Assembly (NCBI GenBank): GCA_002898715.1
Contig: BEIA01000003.1
Span: 1-48,528, forward strand
Source of the DNA: a bacterium HR24
GTDB lineage: Bacteria; Chloroflexota; Dehalococcoidia; SM23-28-2; HRBIN24
DNA: 48,528 nt
Reading direction: 5' to 3'
In this document: positions 8,534 through 17,442 of the stretch, one piece after another
Layout: the number at the start of each line of letters is the position of its first letter
Numbering within the stretch: position 1 is the stretch's first letter
Position numbers and translations under genes: made by a program
Notes under the pieces: model-generated
What the model was told of the DNA's origin: nothing
Database searches by the model: none
The model's input: the letters and a program-made list of their open reading frames with translations, nothing else

Positions 8534-9499
8534 TTGGCAGTTGTCAGGCGGGGCGGTCGCGTCTACGGCAACATCCTGGAGTGCATAGGCGACACGCCCC
8601 TGGTGGAGCTGCGCAGCTTCAGTCCTAAGCCGGGGGTGCGCATATTCGCCAAGCTGGAGGGCCAGAACCCCACCGGCAGCCTGAAGGACCGCATCGCCCT
8701 GTACATGATCAGGGCGGCCGAGGAGTCGGGACAGCTCACCCCGGGCAAGGTCATCCTGGAGCCCACCAGCGGCAACACCGGCATCAGCCTGGCCATGGTG
8801 GCCAGGATGAAGGGCTATCGTCTCATCTGCGTCCTGCCCGATAACGTGACCCCGGAGCGCGAGCAGCTCATTCGCTCCTTCGGCGCCGAAGTGGTGTATG
8901 CCCGCGGCGCCCGCTCCACCAACGACGCCATCGCCCTGGCCCAGAAGATGCTGGAGGAGGACCCCGAGCGCTACTACATGCCCTACCAGTACGGCAACGA
9001 GCACAACCCCCGCGCCCACTACGAGACCACTGCCGAGGAGATCATCCGCGACCTGCCCGAGGTGGACGTGTTCGTGGCGGGGCTGGGCACCGGTGGGACG
9101 CTGACGGGAGTGGGGAGGCGCCTCAAAGAGCACAATCCCAACGTGAAGGTGGTAGCCACCGTGCCTCACCCGGGAGACCTTGTACAGGGCCTGCGCAGCC
9201 TGGAGGAAGGTTTCATCCCGCCGGTGCTGGACGAGTCGGTGCTGGACGGCCGCTTCGTGGTGGACTCTCGTACCTCCTTCGCCATGACGAAGGAACTGCT
9301 CGAGCGGGAAGGCATCTTCGCCGGCATCTCTTCCGGAGCGGTGCTGAGGACGGCCCTCAAGGTGGCCGAACGCCTGGAGCGGGGCAACATCGTCTGCCTT
9401 CTCGCCGACGGCGGCTGGAAGTACCTGTCTACCGGCCTCTGGCTCAAGACCTACGACGACCTGCGCCCCGAGGACGTGGAAGGCAAGGTCTGGTGGTAG
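8534..9499 (+). CDS. cysM: CysM-type cysteine synthase (O-phosphoserine sulfhydrylase-like); start uncertain (8495 or 8534)
   Basis: QNPTGSLKDR, YQYGNEHN, GLGTGGT, ADGGWKYLSTG and a Trp-rich C-terminus resembling mycobacterial CysM. Confidence 0.8.
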   Translation: MAVVRRGGRVYGNILECIGDTPLVELRSFSPKPGVRIFAKLEGQNPTGSLKDRIALYMIRAAEESGQLTPGKVILEPTSGNTGISLAMVARMKGYRLICVLPDNVTPEREQLIRSFGAEVVYARGARSTNDAIALAQKMLEEDPERYYMPYQYGNEHNPRAHYETTAEEIIRDLPEVDVFVAGLGTGGTLTGVGRRLKEHNPNVKVVATVPHPGDLVQGLRSLEEGFIPPVLDESVLDGRFVVDSRTSFAMTKELLEREGIFAGISSGAVLRTALKVAERLERGNIVCLLADGGWKYLSTGLWLKTYDDLRPEDVEGKVWW

Positions 9500-9532
9500 G
9501 CCCCGAGTCGCAGGGCCGCCGCCCTGGCCCCG

Positions 9533-9541
9533 TGCTATACT
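9533..9541 (+). promoter_or_regulatory. Extended -10 promoter for degV-recG
   Basis: TG-c-TATACT about 30 nt upstream of the degV start. Confidence 0.5.
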
Positions 9542-9570
9542 AGCCCTAGCCTTCGCTCCGGAGGTGGCGC

Positions 9571-10416
9571 TTGCCGGTAAAGATCGTCACCGACAGCACG
9601 GCCGACCTTCCGGCGGAGATCGTGCGCGAGCTGGACATCGCCGTCGTCCCGCTGACTGTCATCTTCGGCGACCGGGCCTACAGGGAGGGGGTGGACATCG
9701 ACCATGAGACCTTCTACCGCCTCCTCCAGGAGAGCAAGACGCTGCCCACCACTTCCGCTCCCTCGGTGGGGGAGTTGCTGCAGGCCTACGAGGAGCTGGC
9801 ACGCGAGAGCGAGGAGCTTGTCTGCATCCACCTCTCCTCCAAGCTCTCGGCCACATATAACAACGCCTGTCGTGCCGCCGAGGCGCTGCGCGAGCGTGGC
9901 GTCCGCATCGAGGTGGTGGACTCCCTGAACGTCTCCATGGGGATGGGGTTCACCGTGATGGCGGCTGCCCGGGCTGCCCGGGGCGGGGCCAGCATGGAGC
10001 AGGTGCTCGCCATCGCCCGTCATTGCGTGGAGAGGGTGCGCCTGTACTTCGTGCTGGACACCCTGGAGTACCTGAGGCGCGGGGGCCGCATCGGTCGCGC
10101 CCGCGCCTTCCTGGGCTCGCTGCTGCATGTCAAGCCCATCCTCTCCCTCCGGGAGGGCGAGGTGCACCCGGAGGGCCGAGTGCGCACGCGGCAGCAGGCC
10201 CGCGAGCGTCTGGTTCAGCTGGCAGTGGCTGCCCCCCGCATCAGGGAGCTGGGCGTGGGCTACACGACCGACCGCGAGGAGGCCGAGGCCCTGTTGGAGC
10301 GGCTGCAGCCTATGCTGCCCCACGCCAGGGCCCACCTGGTGCGCATCGGGCCGGTGGTAGGCACCCACGCTGGCCCTGGCCTGCTGGGGGTCGGTACCCT
10401 GGAAGGGGAGGAGTGA
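9571..10416 (+). CDS. DegV family fatty-acid-binding protein
   Basis: IVTDSTADL, PTTSAPS, LSSKLSAT, TLEYLRRGGRI, HAGPG. Confidence 0.93.
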   Translation: MPVKIVTDSTADLPAEIVRELDIAVVPLTVIFGDRAYREGVDIDHETFYRLLQESKTLPTTSAPSVGELLQAYEELARESEELVCIHLSSKLSATYNNACRAAEALRERGVRIEVVDSLNVSMGMGFTVMAAARAARGGASMEQVLAIARHCVERVRLYFVLDTLEYLRRGGRIGRARAFLGSLLHVKPILSLREGEVHPEGRVRTRQQARERLVQLAVAAPRIRELGVGYTTDREEAEALLERLQPMLPHARAHLVRIGPVVGTHAGPGLLGVGTLEGEE

Positions 10417-10489
10417 GCCCATACGGCCCCGGCGCCTCAGCCGGGGCACTCGCGGCGCGACGGCGTGCGTGGGGAGGGGAAGACGCAGC

Positions 10490-12928
10490 TTGACGGCACG
10501 GCTCGAGGAGCTGCGAAAGGTCCTGGAGCTGGAGCGCGCCAGGAAGTTCACCGATACCGCCGTAGTAGGGGGTCTGGACGCCTATCTGAGGCGCTTCCTG
10601 GCCGCCAACCCCCTGCCCGATGGCCATGAGGTTCGGCGTGTGCTCTCGGTCCTACCGCCGAAGGGCTATGCCTCGCTCCACCCCATCCAGCGCCGGCGGA
10701 TAGTCGACGCCCTGCTGAGGGCCATCTCGGGGCCGCAGCGCCAGGCAGGCCGGCGGTGGCCGCGGGAGGCGGCGGACGAGCGACCAGCGGCGCCTCTCTC
10801 TCCGAGCAGCCCTGTCACTGTGCTTCGTGGGGTCAGCCGCACCTATGCTGCCAAGCTGGAGCGCCTGGGAGTGCGGACGGTGGGCGACCTGCTATACCAC
10901 TTTCCCCACCGTTACAACGACTATGCGGCCATCCGTCCCATCTCCCAACTGGTGATAGGGGAGGAGCAGACCGTTATCGCCACTGTGTGGACGGCGGGTC
11001 AGGCCTCCCTGGGTGGTCGCAAGGCTACCGAGGCCGTGGTGGGCGACAAGACGGGCACTCTGCGCCTGGTCTGGTGGGGGCAGACCCACGTGGCCCGTCA
11101 GCTCCGCCCGGGCATGCAGGCCGCCTTCTCGGGTAAGGTGACGGTCTTCCGCGGCCAGCGCCAGATGGAGAACCCCGAATGGGAGCCCCTCGACCAGGAG
11201 TCCGTCAATACCCGTCGGCTGGTGCCGGTATACCCCAGCACCGAGGGGCTTTCGCAGCGTTTCTTGCGTCGCTTGACGCGAGAGGCCCTGGACGCTTGCG
11301 CCCACCAGGTTCCCGAGGCCTTGCCAGATTCGCTGCGGGCCCGTTTAGGGCTGGTGCCCGTCGCGGAGGCCCTCTGGCAGATGCATTTCCCCGATAACCG
11401 GCAGCGGGCCGAGGAAGCGCGCCGTCGCTTCGCCTTCGAGGAGTTGCTGACCATCGAGCTGGGAGTCATGCGCCGGCGCAAGGAGTGGCAGGAGGGGGCG
11501 AGCGCGCCTGCCCTGACTCTGCCGGAGGAGGTGCTCCGCGCCTTCGTCTCGTCGCTGCCCTTCGCGCTCACCAGCGCTCAGCAGCGGGCCATCGGCGAGG
11601 TACTGGCCGACCTGGCCCGCGCTGTGCCCATGAGCCGCTTGCTGGAGGGCGATGTGGGCAGCGGCAAGACGGTGGTGGCGGCGGCGGCGCTGCTGGCCGC
11701 GGCCTGGTCCGGCTGGCAGGGGGCTATCATGGCCCCCACCGAGATCCTGGCCGAGCAGCACTTTCGCACCCTGTGTCGCCTGTTCGGCGCTGGGGGTGAA
11801 GGGCCAGCGGGCGATGGCCCGTGGTTCGGCCTCTCGGGCCCGGGATATGCTGTCGCATGCCCACCCTATCTGGACAGGCCGCTGCGCATCGGGCTCCTCG
11901 TCGGTGGCCTCCGGCCTGGCGAAAAGGCACAGGTGCAGGAGGCCATCGCCAGGGGAGAAGTGGACATCGCCGTGGGCACCCACGCCCTCATCCAGGAGCA
12001 TGTGCAGTTCGCTCGCCTGGGGCTGGCGGTCATCGACGAGCAGCACCGCTTCGGCGTGGTGCAGCGCGCGGCCCTGCGCGAGAAGGGGCAGAGTCCCCAC
12101 GTGCTGGTGATGACGGCCACGCCCATTCCCCGCACTCTGGCCCTGACCATATATAGCGACCTCGACATAACCGTGCTGGACGAAATGCCGCCCGGCCGGC
12201 CGCCGGTGAAGACCTACCGGCTGCGGCCCCACCAACGGCAGCAAGCGTACGATTTCATCCGCCGCCAGGTCCGGCAGGGTCGGCAGGCATACGTCGTCTG
12301 CCCCCTCATCGAGGAGTCGGAGGCGGTGGCCGCCCGCGCCGCCGAGGCGGAGTACGAGCGCCTTTCCCGGGAGGTGTTCCCGGACCTGCGCCTGGGCCTG
12401 ATGCACGGACGCATGTCGTCGCGCGAGCGGGACGAGACGATGCGGCGCTTCCGCGATGGCGAGCTGGACATTCTGGTGACCACCACGGTGGTGGAGGTGG
12501 GCGTGGACGTACCCAACGCCACTGTGGTCCTCATCGAGGCGGCCGACCGATTCGGGCTGGCCCAGCTCCACCAGCTCCGGGGACGGGTGCGCAGGGGCCA
12601 GCACCAGAGCTTCTGTCTGCTCCTCTCGGAGAACGCGTCCGAGGAAGCACAGGAGCGGCTGCGCATCCTGGAGACGGTGCACGACGGCTTCCGGCTGGCG
12701 GAGGAGGACCTGCGCCTGCGCGGGCCGGGCGAGTACTTCGGCGTGCGCCAATCGGGCCTGCCCGACCTGAAGGTCGCCAGCATCGCCGATGTTGCCCTCA
12801 TCGAGCTGGCCCGGCAGGAGGCGATGCGCATCCTGGACGAGGATCCCGACCTGTCGCGGCCCGAGCACCGGCTCCTGGGCCGGCGCCTTTCCCGTCTATG
12901 GGAAGGGCTCACGGCCGAAGTTAGCTAG
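10490..12928 (+). CDS. recG: ATP-dependent DNA helicase RecG (start 10469 or 10490)
   Basis: Wedge domain, GDVGSGKT, APTEILAEQH, DEQHRFG, MTATPIPRTL, DGFRLAEEDLRLRGPGE. Confidence 0.96.
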   Translation: MTARLEELRKVLELERARKFTDTAVVGGLDAYLRRFLAANPLPDGHEVRRVLSVLPPKGYASLHPIQRRRIVDALLRAISGPQRQAGRRWPREAADERPAAPLSPSSPVTVLRGVSRTYAAKLERLGVRTVGDLLYHFPHRYNDYAAIRPISQLVIGEEQTVIATVWTAGQASLGGRKATEAVVGDKTGTLRLVWWGQTHVARQLRPGMQAAFSGKVTVFRGQRQMENPEWEPLDQESVNTRRLVPVYPSTEGLSQRFLRRLTREALDACAHQVPEALPDSLRARLGLVPVAEALWQMHFPDNRQRAEEARRRFAFEELLTIELGVMRRRKEWQEGASAPALTLPEEVLRAFVSSLPFALTSAQQRAIGEVLADLARAVPMSRLLEGDVGSGKTVVAAAALLAAAWSGWQGAIMAPTEILAEQHFRTLCRLFGAGGEGPAGDGPWFGLSGPGYAVACPPYLDRPLRIGLLVGGLRPGEKAQVQEAIARGEVDIAVGTHALIQEHVQFARLGLAVIDEQHRFGVVQRAALREKGQSPHVLVMTATPIPRTLALTIYSDLDITVLDEMPPGRPPVKTYRLRPHQRQQAYDFIRRQVRQGRQAYVVCPLIEESEAVAARAAEAEYERLSREVFPDLRLGLMHGRMSSRERDETMRRFRDGELDILVTTTVVEVGVDVPNATVVLIEAADRFGLAQLHQLRGRVRRGQHQSFCLLLSENASEEAQERLRILETVHDGFRLAEEDLRLRGPGEYFGVRQSGLPDLKVASIADVALIELARQEAMRILDEDPDLSRPEHRLLGRRLSRLWEGLTAEVS

Positions 12929-13006
12929 GTGCGCCCCGGCTGCCCTTGCGTTAGAATGCTCATGGAGCCGCCCGCGCGAGGGGCGGCGTCGCTTTTGGGA
13001 CGACCT

Positions 13007-14662
13007 GTGGTCAGGCGAGACATCGAGGCTCTGGTGCAGGAGGCGGCCCGCCGCGCTATGGATGCGGGGGCACTCCCCCACGTCTCCCTGCCGGAGTCGA
13101 CGGTGGAACGACCCCAGCGCCCGGAGCACGGCGACTACGCCTCCAATATAGCCTTGCGGCTGGCCCGGGCCGCCGGCACCACACCGCTGGCGCTGGCGGA
13201 GGCCATCGCTGCGCGCATCCCCGAAAGCGATATCGTGGCCCGGGTGGAGGTCGCGCCCCCGGGGTTCATCAACTTCCGCCTGTCGCCCGCCTGGCTGGCC
13301 AGGCAGGTGGAAGAGGTGCTGCGCCAGGGCGACGCCTTCGCCAGGGTGGACGTCGGCCGGGGCCAGCGGGTCCAGGTGGAGTACGTATCGGCCAACCCCA
13401 CCGGCCCCCTGACGGTGGCGGCCGGCCGGGGGCTGGCCATCGGCGACACGCTGGCCAACTTGCTGGAGGCCACCGGACACCAGGTGGAGCGGGAGTACTA
13501 CATCAACGACGCCGGCACCCAGACGGAGACCTTCGCCGCAACGCTGTTCGCTCGCTATCGCCAGCTCCACGGCCAAGCCGTCGAGGTGCCGCCTGGTGCG
13601 TACACTGGCGAGTACGTCATCGACCTGGCCCGCGAAGCAAAAGAGCGCTTCGGCGACCGCTTCCTCGCTTACGCCGAGGGCCCCTGCCCGCCGGAGTTGC
13701 ACGACTTCGGCATGCAGCGAATGCTGGAGCGGATACGGGAAGACCTGGCCCTTATGGGCGCCCATTACGATTCCTGGTTCAGCGAGCGCTCCCTGTACCC
13801 CGAGCCGTACCAGACGGTGATGCGTCTGCTGGAGGAGCGGGGCTACGTGGCCCGCAAGGAGGGCGCAGTCTGGTTCACTTCCTCCGCCCTGGGCGAGGAC
13901 AAGGACAACGTGCTGGTGCGCTCCAACGGCCGGCCGACCTACTTCGCCTCCGATATCGCTTACCACTACCACAAGTTTTTGGTCCGCGGATACGACCGCG
14001 TAGTGGACATATGGGGCGCCGACCACCAGGGCCACGTGCCGCGCATGAAAGCAGCGGTAGCGGCCCTGGGCATCGACCCCGAGCGGCTGGTCATCATCAT
14101 CCACCAGCTCGTCACGCTGAAGCGCGGCGGCGAGGAGGTACGGGTGTCCAAGCGGGCGGGCGAGATCGTAACCCTCCGGGAGGTGGTGGAGGAGGTGGGA
14201 GCGGACGCGTGCCGCTTCTTCTTCCTGTCGCGGGCGCCCAATTCGCACATGGACTTCGACCTGGAGCTGGCCGCTCGCCAGTCCGCTGAGAACCCGGTCT
14301 ATTACGTGCAGTATGCCCATGCCCGCATGGCCGGCATCCTGGCCCATGCCCGCGAGCGCGTGCCCGACTACGCCGATGGCGACGTGTCCCTGTTGCGAGA
14401 GGACGTGGAGCTGGCGCTGGTGCGCCAGTTGCTGCGCCTCCCCGAACTGGTCGAGACGGCTGCCCGCAAGCTGGAGCCTCACTTGCTCCCCTATTACGCC
14501 ATCGACCTGGCCACGGCCTTCCACGACTTCTACGAGCGTTGCCGGGTCGTATCCGAAGACGTGCCGCTCTCCAAGGCCAGACTGAAGCTGGTGGCGGCCA
14601 CCAAGGGCGTGCTCGCCCGCACGCTGGGCCTGATGGGCATGTCTGCCCCCGACCGCATGTGA
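13007..14662 (+). CDS. argS: Arginine--tRNA ligase (start uncertain: 12962 or 13007)
   Basis: HGDYASN, PGFINF, EYVSANPTGPL, REYYIND, YFASDIAYH, WGADH, NPVYYVQYAHAR, C-terminal APDRM. Confidence 0.95.
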   Translation: MVRRDIEALVQEAARRAMDAGALPHVSLPESTVERPQRPEHGDYASNIALRLARAAGTTPLALAEAIAARIPESDIVARVEVAPPGFINFRLSPAWLARQVEEVLRQGDAFARVDVGRGQRVQVEYVSANPTGPLTVAAGRGLAIGDTLANLLEATGHQVEREYYINDAGTQTETFAATLFARYRQLHGQAVEVPPGAYTGEYVIDLAREAKERFGDRFLAYAEGPCPPELHDFGMQRMLERIREDLALMGAHYDSWFSERSLYPEPYQTVMRLLEERGYVARKEGAVWFTSSALGEDKDNVLVRSNGRPTYFASDIAYHYHKFLVRGYDRVVDIWGADHQGHVPRMKAAVAALGIDPERLVIIIHQLVTLKRGGEEVRVSKRAGEIVTLREVVEEVGADACRFFFLSRAPNSHMDFDLELAARQSAENPVYYVQYAHARMAGILAHARERVPDYADGDVSLLREDVELALVRQLLRLPELVETAARKLEPHLLPYYAIDLATAFHDFYERCRVVSEDVPLSKARLKLVAATKGVLARTLGLMGMSAPDRM

Positions 14663-14668
14663 GGGGGC

Positions 14669-15484
14669 ATGGGCGCCGCGCTACCCGTCTCGGCCAGCGG
14701 CAAGTCCGCCCTCGATGTGGCGCGTGAGTGCGCACAGGCAGCAGGCCGCATCCTCTGTGAACGCTTCGGCCCGCGGCAGGCAGTGCGGGCCAAGGGCCGC
14801 CGCGATTTCGTTACCGAGGCTGATGTGCTGGCCGAAAGGGAGACGCTGCGACTGCTGGCCCGGGAGTTCCCGGGGCACGCCGTGCTCTCCGAGGAGACGG
14901 CCGGCAGCACCCCAGCCGGCGACGGCTGGGCGTGGGTGGTGGACCCCCTGGACGGCACGCATAACTATTCCCGTGGCATCCCCCACTTCTGCTACAGCAT
15001 CGCCCTGTGCCGCGACGGGCGTCCCCTGCTGGCGCTGACCTACGCGCCCCTGCTGGGCGAGGAGTTCCTGGCGGTGGCCGGGCAGGGCTGCTCAGTGAAC
15101 GGCCAGCCCGCCCGTGTGTCGGGGGCCGAGTCGGTGTCCCAGTCCCTCATTGGCATCGACCTGGGCTACGACGATGCCAGAGCGTCCCATCTGCTGGATA
15201 CCATGCGCTCCCTCTGGCCTGACATGATGGGCTTTCGGCTGATGGGTTCGGCTGCCCTCGGCCTGGCCTACGCCGCCTGCGGCCGGTTCGATATCTACGT
15301 GCACCACAATCTGAAGCCGTGGGACGTGGCGGCGGGCATTCTTCTGGTGGAAGAGGCGGGGGGCCTGATCCTGGACAGAGACGGCGGGCCGGCGCGGCTG
15401 GACAGCCAGGGGGTCATCGCGGGGTCGCCGGGCGCAGTCCAGGATCTGATGGCGCGGGCCGCGGGCCGGCCCTGGCGGACCTAG
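14669..15484 (+). CDS. suhB: Inositol monophosphatase family protein
   Basis: DFVTEAD, SEE, WVVDPLDGTHNY, GSAAL, WDVAAG. Confidence 0.88.
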   Translation: MGAALPVSASGKSALDVARECAQAAGRILCERFGPRQAVRAKGRRDFVTEADVLAERETLRLLAREFPGHAVLSEETAGSTPAGDGWAWVVDPLDGTHNYSRGIPHFCYSIALCRDGRPLLALTYAPLLGEEFLAVAGQGCSVNGQPARVSGAESVSQSLIGIDLGYDDARASHLLDTMRSLWPDMMGFRLMGSAALGLAYAACGRFDIYVHHNLKPWDVAAGILLVEEAGGLILDRDGGPARLDSQGVIAGSPGAVQDLMARAAGRPWRT

Positions 15485-15496
15485 GCCCCATCTCCT

Positions 15497-16675
15497 CTAG
15501 AGACGGTGCAGGAACCGCGCCATGCGCTCCAAGGCCTCTTCCAGGTGGTGCCTGGGCGCGGCGTAGCAGATGCGGACGTGGCCGCGGCCTCGCTCGCCGA
15601 AGGCGGAGCCGGGGATGACGGCCACCTTCTCCTCCTGCAGCAGGCGGTGGGCGAACTCCACGTCGTCCAGGCCCGTAGCGCGGACGCTGGGGAAGGCGTA
15701 GAAGGCACCCCGGGGTGGCGGACAGGGCAGGCCCATGCTGGCCAGGGCGTCCATCACCAGATGACGGCGGCGGTCGAAGTCCTCCACCATGCGCCGGCTG
15801 TCCTCCTCCCCCTCGGTGAGGGCGGCCAGGGCGGCGTACTGGCTGGGCGTCGGCGCCGACATGATGACGTACTGGTGGACCTTCATCATCGCTTCCAGGA
15901 TGGGCGCCGGCGCGCAGGCCCAGCCGACGCGCCAGCCCGTCAGGGCATAGGCCTTGGACAGGCCGCCCAGGAGCACCGTCCGCTCCTTCATGCCGGGCAG
16001 GGAGGCGAAGCAAGTGTGGGGAATGTCGTAGCTGAGGCGGTCGTAGATCTCGTCGGAGATGACCACCAAGTCGTGGCGCTCTACCACTCGGGCGATGGCC
16101 AGGAGGTCGTCGCGGGCCATCTGCGCTCCCGTGGGGTTAGAGGGGTAGCCGATGAGCAGGGCCTTCGACCGGGGCGTAATGCGTTCCTCCAGGTCTTCGG
16201 CCCGCAGGCGAAACTCGCTCTCCTCGTCGGTGGGCACGGGCACGAAGGTGCCCCCGGCCAGCACGCACACGGGCTGATAGGCCACGTAATAAGGGTCAGG
16301 GCAGAGGAGTTCGTCGCCAGGGTCCAGAAGGGCATGGGTCGCGAGGAGCAGGCCCTCGCTCACACCCACGGTGACGATGATCTCGTTGTCCGGGTCGTAA
16401 CAGACGCCGTACAGGCGCTCCAGGTGCCGGGCGATGGCCCGTCGGAGTTCGGGGAGGCCGTAGTTGGACGTGTAGTGGGTCTCGCCGCGAGCGACGGCCT
16501 GGAAGGCGGCGCGGCTGAAGGGCTCGGGCGTCACGAAGTCTGGCTCGCCGACTCCCAGGGAGATGACGCCGTCCAGGCTGGCGATGAGTTCGAAGAAGCG
16601 CCGGATGCCTGACGAGGGGATGGACTCTACCTTGCGCGAGATATAGCCGCGTACTGGCGTGGGGCTGTCACTCAA
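15497..16675 (-). CDS. Class I/II PLP-dependent aminotransferase
   Basis: LGVGEPDF, PSNPTG, SDEIY, SKAYALTGWRVG, GAFY. Confidence 0.93.
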   Translation of the reverse strand: MSDSPTPVRGYISRKVESIPSSGIRRFFELIASLDGVISLGVGEPDFVTPEPFSRAAFQAVARGETHYTSNYGLPELRRAIARHLERLYGVCYDPDNEIIVTVGVSEGLLLATHALLDPGDELLCPDPYYVAYQPVCVLAGGTFVPVPTDEESEFRLRAEDLEERITPRSKALLIGYPSNPTGAQMARDDLLAIARVVERHDLVVISDEIYDRLSYDIPHTCFASLPGMKERTVLLGGLSKAYALTGWRVGWACAPAPILEAMMKVHQYVIMSAPTPSQYAALAALTEGEEDSRRMVEDFDRRRHLVMDALASMGLPCPPPRGAFYAFPSVRATGLDDVEFAHRLLQEEKVAVIPGSAFGERGRGHVRICYAAPRHHLEEALERMARFLHRL

Positions 16676-17391
16676 CTCCGCGTCCTCCTGAGCGAGCGCA
16701 GGCTCCAGCGGTCTTGCCCCTCATAGTAGCAAAGCATGACGTGAAGGTCATCCTCCAGTAGAACAACGTACAGGCGGCGCCCCGGTTGCTTGCCCTGGCT
16801 CAGGATTCCTCTGACGTCCCACCACCTGTCCCGCCACTGGACGCGCAAGGGCCGCTCGGGGTAGAACGAGCCGCCGTACGCCTCCACCTGCACTTCCTCG
16901 CTGCCGCGGACCACCGTCACCACTTCGCCCGGCCGCAGGGTGCCGGTCGCGCGGACCACCCCCACGATGCCCCGCCGGCCGTAGACCAACCTGGGCACCA
17001 GCGGGTGGTAGACCATGAGGTTGTTGCAGGGGACGTTCTGGTCGGTGACCTCGAACTCCACCCCGCCTGCGAAGCGCAGCAGGTCGCCTGGCTCCAGGTC
17101 GCTCAAGTCGCCGAGGCCCTCCACCAGCACGTTCTCGGAGAAGCCCCCGGGTGGCACCCGCACGCCCAGTTGCGCCTCTAACTCGTCGTAGACTTCGCGG
17201 GCGCAGACGGACACCTGGCGCAGGTTGGGAACGGTCTGCCCCGTGCGGCGGCTGGTGCGAAAGGCGCCGTAGTGATAGTCGCCCTCGACGCCGTACGGGC
17301 CCACGGTCACCTGCTCTTGCGGGTACTTGGGCACGCCGCCGCGTGTGCTGAGGCAGACGGCGATGACGGTGCCCGACCGCTCTCTGTCCAT
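16672..17391 (-). CDS. MOSC-domain protein with an extra C-terminal domain
   Basis: GVPKYP, GVEGD, RQVS, GGFSENV, GDLL, NVPC (conserved Cys), LRPGE, then about 75 extra aa. Confidence 0.85.
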   Translation of the reverse strand: MDRERSGTVIAVCLSTRGGVPKYPQEQVTVGPYGVEGDYHYGAFRTSRRTGQTVPNLRQVSVCAREVYDELEAQLGVRVPPGGFSENVLVEGLGDLSDLEPGDLLRFAGGVEFEVTDQNVPCNNLMVYHPLVPRLVYGRRGIVGVVRATGTLRPGEVVTVVRGSEEVQVEAYGGSFYPERPLRVQWRDRWWDVRGILSQGKQPGRRLYVVLLEDDLHVMLCYYEGQDRWSLRSLRRTRS

Positions 17392-17442
17392 ATCTCGCCT
17401 CTCGCTCGGCGAGGTCGGATTGGCTTTGGCCCGATTTTAGCA

